NCBI RefSeq assembly: GCF_024521635.1
Contig: NW_026250444.1
Location: 62,001-126,000, forward strand
Length of the DNA stretch: 64,000 nucleotides
Direction of reading: 5' to 3'
DNA from: Tricharina praecox
Taxonomy: Eukaryota
The position numbers were made by a program, and so were the translations under genes. Shown here one piece after another: positions 60,984-64,000 of the stretch (its first letter is position 1; each line of letters starts with the position of its first letter). The notes beneath the pieces were generated by a model, which did no database searches, had not been told where the DNA came from, and was given only the letters and a program-made list of their open reading frames with translations.

Positions 60984-61504
60984 CTACAAGAACAGGTATC
61001 TACCGTCAACAGCAGTCCACTTGGCCGTTGGACAGGATGGCGCACCACTCATACGACCGATGGCACCACGCGGATTCGGAGGGCTCGGCACACTCTGATT
61101 ACCGGGAGTACACGGCGCAGTCAATGTCGGACTGGGTGTTCTGGACGGCCCATCGTTCGACATACGGGCGACGTTTTCGGCGTCCCTAGAGGGGATCAGA
61201 TGGTAGTTTCGTGTTCGGCGAGTGATCGGAACGAGGTCATAAAAGAAGACACTCACACTGCCCTCAGCTGAGATATCATGTCGTTCATGAGAGATATGAC
61301 GATGCGCCTGATCTCGACGAGCTGCAGCGTGTTGTCATCGAACGCAGGGATGTCCGGGAACACGGGCGGCTTGGGGAACTCCAACCGCTCCGCTGGATCC
61401 TCGTGAATCGATCTACCCATAGCGTTTATACTGGTAGCCATCGTGGGGACGTCGGGTTCTACGGCGATCGCGTTAGTACTGGGCATAGCGGTTCGGGTTT
61501 CCAT
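60984..61504 (-). CDS. Small hypothetical two-exon gene, possibly decayed
   Basis: ATG at 61504 and a protein-like first exon (..PDIPAFDD..QLRAV), an intron-like GTGAGT..CTGAT..TAG (about 61256-61188), then DAENVARMSN. Family not recognised with confidence. Confidence 0.4.
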
Positions 61505-62099
61505 AGAGCAAGAATCGTCCGCGGATGGATATTACGCTTGGAGGTCAGCGGAGTTATCAGAATCTACAAGAGTTTTATGTACTCGTTTTGACCGCTTCCC
61601 CCGTCCCGTGGGCTGGTTACCCTAGTCACAACATTGAGCTTAATTGGTTTTGTCCTAGCTTAGGTCTTCGGACGTCTTTTTCGTTCCGGCTCTTCTTTGA
61701 TTGCACTCAAACCACTTATTTAGACTCCGTCGACGTACACACTCTTCGTAATTCCGTGGCTAATCCCGATGGCGGCCTCCATATAAGGTGCGCCCCTTCT
61801 CAAACCTCCGCCTAGCCACACCGCAGTACACTTTTTTCACACAAGCTCTACCTCCTGGGTTGGGCGGATATGACGGAATCAAAGAAATACGCTTTCCTCT
61901 CCTACACTGCCCCTTAGCTAGACCACCGAACGCACCAATCAAGTTGAGGAAAAGAGGTGGCTAGGTACACGATAGCGACGGATTGCAAGGAAATACATCC
62001 GCCTATCGAGCTTTCACTCGTTACCCCTCGCGGTACCTCTCTGTCCAGCCGATCCAGGGTGACCAACCCCAGGCAGCTTTATAGGCTTGCACACAGTGA

Positions 62100-62482
62100 G
62101 AGCCAGGGTGAGAAAATACAAGACGAATGAGGAGACGGTTCGCCGGCAGAGGACATAGAAAACACGGGTGGCATGGACGAAGAACTGGATTCCTTAGTTG
62201 AGCTCACAGGTGGTTGGACGGGCGAGAACCGGACCTACGATTACCCTCAATCGTTCATCCATTCCCTCTTTGCTTCCTTCTTTGTTTCTGTCGGGTTGAG
62301 TTGGGCAGGGAGGGAGCAGGGAGGGTTGACTCGCCGGGAGGGCTGGCCGGATCAGAGCAATAGGGAACCGGTATCGAGCTTGCGGCTAGCGGTCTGTGAC
62401 AGCCGGGTGGAAACGGTCATTTAATCTGCCATGATCTACCAAAGTCGAATCAATGATGATTAAACAGAAAAGAAAAGAAAAA
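62100..62482 (+). mobile_element. LINE 3' end (acidic ORF tail, 3' UTR, terminal motif at 62425-62482)
   Basis: UTR shares GGGAGCAGGGA with the 1617 copy; ends CTGCCATGATCTACCAAAGTCGAATCAATGATGATTAAAC plus an A-rich tail. Confidence 0.55.
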
Positions 62483-62926
62483 GCCAACAAGGCGTGTCAC
62501 GAGATGTATACTGCCGAGTGATATCTTGTAGCAAGCATCGTTGTCCTTCGCCGTACTTCGATGTCTGACAACCTCTGGTCTTCCCACAGCGGGGACGCCT
62601 TGAAGATTGGTAAAATGTGAAATTCCAAATTTCAAGTTGTCCTCCTAGGTATGCTGTCTTACAGTGCTAGGCCTGGCTCACCGCGGATTCCGTCTATTGA
62701 GCCCGCTGGTGACCGGTCAACCATATGAGCTCCCAGAATCCATAGATTATCAACGCCATTTGAGGTCTTGGTAGACTTAACGATGCGTGTGTGTTGTCTC
62801 TGGTTGGTTGGGAACGGCTGATCCCAGTCCGGACACGAGCAGGAGCCAGACACGCGATCTCACGCGACGAGTGACAAAGTGATAAAGTGATAATAAAGTG
62901 ACAACCCGTGCCGGAACGTGGCCTTG

Positions 62927-62982
62927 CATTGCCATGATCTATCCAGGTCGCAAGCACTTCCTGAATAAACAAAAGAAAAAAA
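62927..62982 (+). repeat. Retroposon 3'-terminal motif copy
   Basis: CATTGCCATGATCTATCCAGGTCGCAAGCAC..GAATAAACAAAAGAAAAAAA. Confidence 0.7.
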
Positions 62983-63044
62983 CGGAACCGTGGCTTGAAC
63001 CAAAAACCTTCACCACCCCGGTGGGTGGCTTGGAAACCCAGATA

Positions 63045-63325
63045 GATGGACCGATGCTCCAGTCGTCCTTAAGTACTCTAGCACTGCGTCCGAGCAGCAC
63101 TCATCTACAAACAGGTTACAGGTCTGCTGTGCTCCATTTCTTCCTGTTTTTCCATTTCTTTCCGGTCTCCTTCCTGATCGTTTCCGACCACAGCACTCTC
63201 TGTTGAGCTCGCTCACTACCTGTTGCAGTTTTTGAACAGGTAGTGGGTCCTCATCTGCTTGGACTTGTTGTACCAATACCAGCGCTGGTCGTGAGCTGTC
63301 TCGCTGCTTCATCCGCTCCGCCACC
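63045..63325 (-). mobile_element. LINE ORF2 C-terminal (Cys/His knuckle) fragment
   Basis: ..QMRTHYLFKNC..AQQRVLW..RKETGK..LFVDECCSDAVLEYLRTTG, homologous by eye to the peptide at about 2000-2075. Confidence 0.7.
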
Positions 63326-63337
63326 CAATGGGTGTTC

Positions 63338-63389
63338 TTTTTTGTTCAATCATTGATTGCATGCGACCTATCTAGATCATGGCAATATC
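63338..63389 (-). repeat. Retroposon 3'-terminal motif copy
   Basis: ATATTGCCATGATCTAGATAGGTCGCATGCAATCAATGATTGAAC(A)n, nearly identical to the 2835 copy 60 kb away. Confidence 0.8.
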
Positions 63390-63902
63390 ATGTCCCAATG
63401 AGGGTCCCGAGTGATACCGGTACCTAGCACTCCGAGCGACGAGTGATACTGAGTCCGAGTGGCATCATGGAGTTCTACCTTTTTTCGTCGGTTGTAACTT
63501 GTAACTTGTTTCGGCATGACATATTTATAATGTATGTATCGGTATAACACGGAGCGGCGGAGCACGTCTGGGAGTGTCTGAGTCTGCTTGTGAACTCGCT
63601 ATCAGCACAAAGTGCGGCTCATTTGCACTGGGAACTCAGGCTTCTGCTTGTAAGTCGGCCTTTTTTCCTCATAGCGTACAAGTTGCAATGTTTATTTGGG
63701 TGAACGATCAGCAGTAAACGTCATTTCTCTCTCCAATTCGTTTCCTCCCGCTGGCAGCCTGAATCCTCCTTCACTTCCTCCTCCTGTGCGGGTGTCACAT
63801 GACACCACCGAGTGATATATCGTGCTTCACCCGTCACGTCAAAAACAAAAACCATCACCATCCCCGGCGGGTGGCCTGGAAACCCCAAGAGCTGAATAAA
63901 AA

Positions 63903-63986
63903 GGTCTGTCACCTAGGTTGAACCCAGAACTTTCCCTCAACTTCCCTCGCCGATTGCATGGCCTAAACCACTAGACCACGCGGGGT
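63903..63986 (-). other. tRNA-derived sequence (Pol III A/B boxes): tRNA pseudogene or SINE head
   Basis: CCCCGCG-TGGTCTAGTGG-TTTAGGCC..CTGGGTTCAACCTAG has an A box and a near B box, but no acceptor stem or clear anticodon arm. Confidence 0.5.
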
Positions 63987-64000
63987 TTTTTCCGTGCTAG

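Overview
Eukaryotic DNA from a filamentous ascomycete (short GT-AG introns with CTRAC/CTAAT branch points). CpG-type rather than CpA-type repeat decay would fit Pezizomycetes, but that assignment is inference. Host genes: a small CBS-domain gene (455-961), then a block of DUF2415-like WD40 gene (+), class IV chitin synthase (-), a head-to-head Chs4/Skt5 activator (+), Sin3 (-), polo kinase (-) and OPA3 (+). Three repeat-rich islands interrupt these: about 1.2-15.8 kb (LINE 3' ends, copia/gypsy/pogo fragments, decayed genes), about 34.5-46.9 kb (nested Ty3/gypsy chromoviruses including one with open gag and pol) and about 60-64 kb (ankyrin relic, LINE tails, tRNA-like head). The most notable signals are RNA-structural. 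(1) A covarying stem-loop before an A-tail occurs in about 10 retroposon 3' ends with otherwise different bodies, one possibly belonging to a tRNA-headed SINE. (2) Two LTR families show tRNA-independent self-priming complementarity. (3) A G_GAU_UUU slippery site with an H-type pseudoknot sits at the gag/pol junction. All alignments and folds were done by eye; no searches were run.
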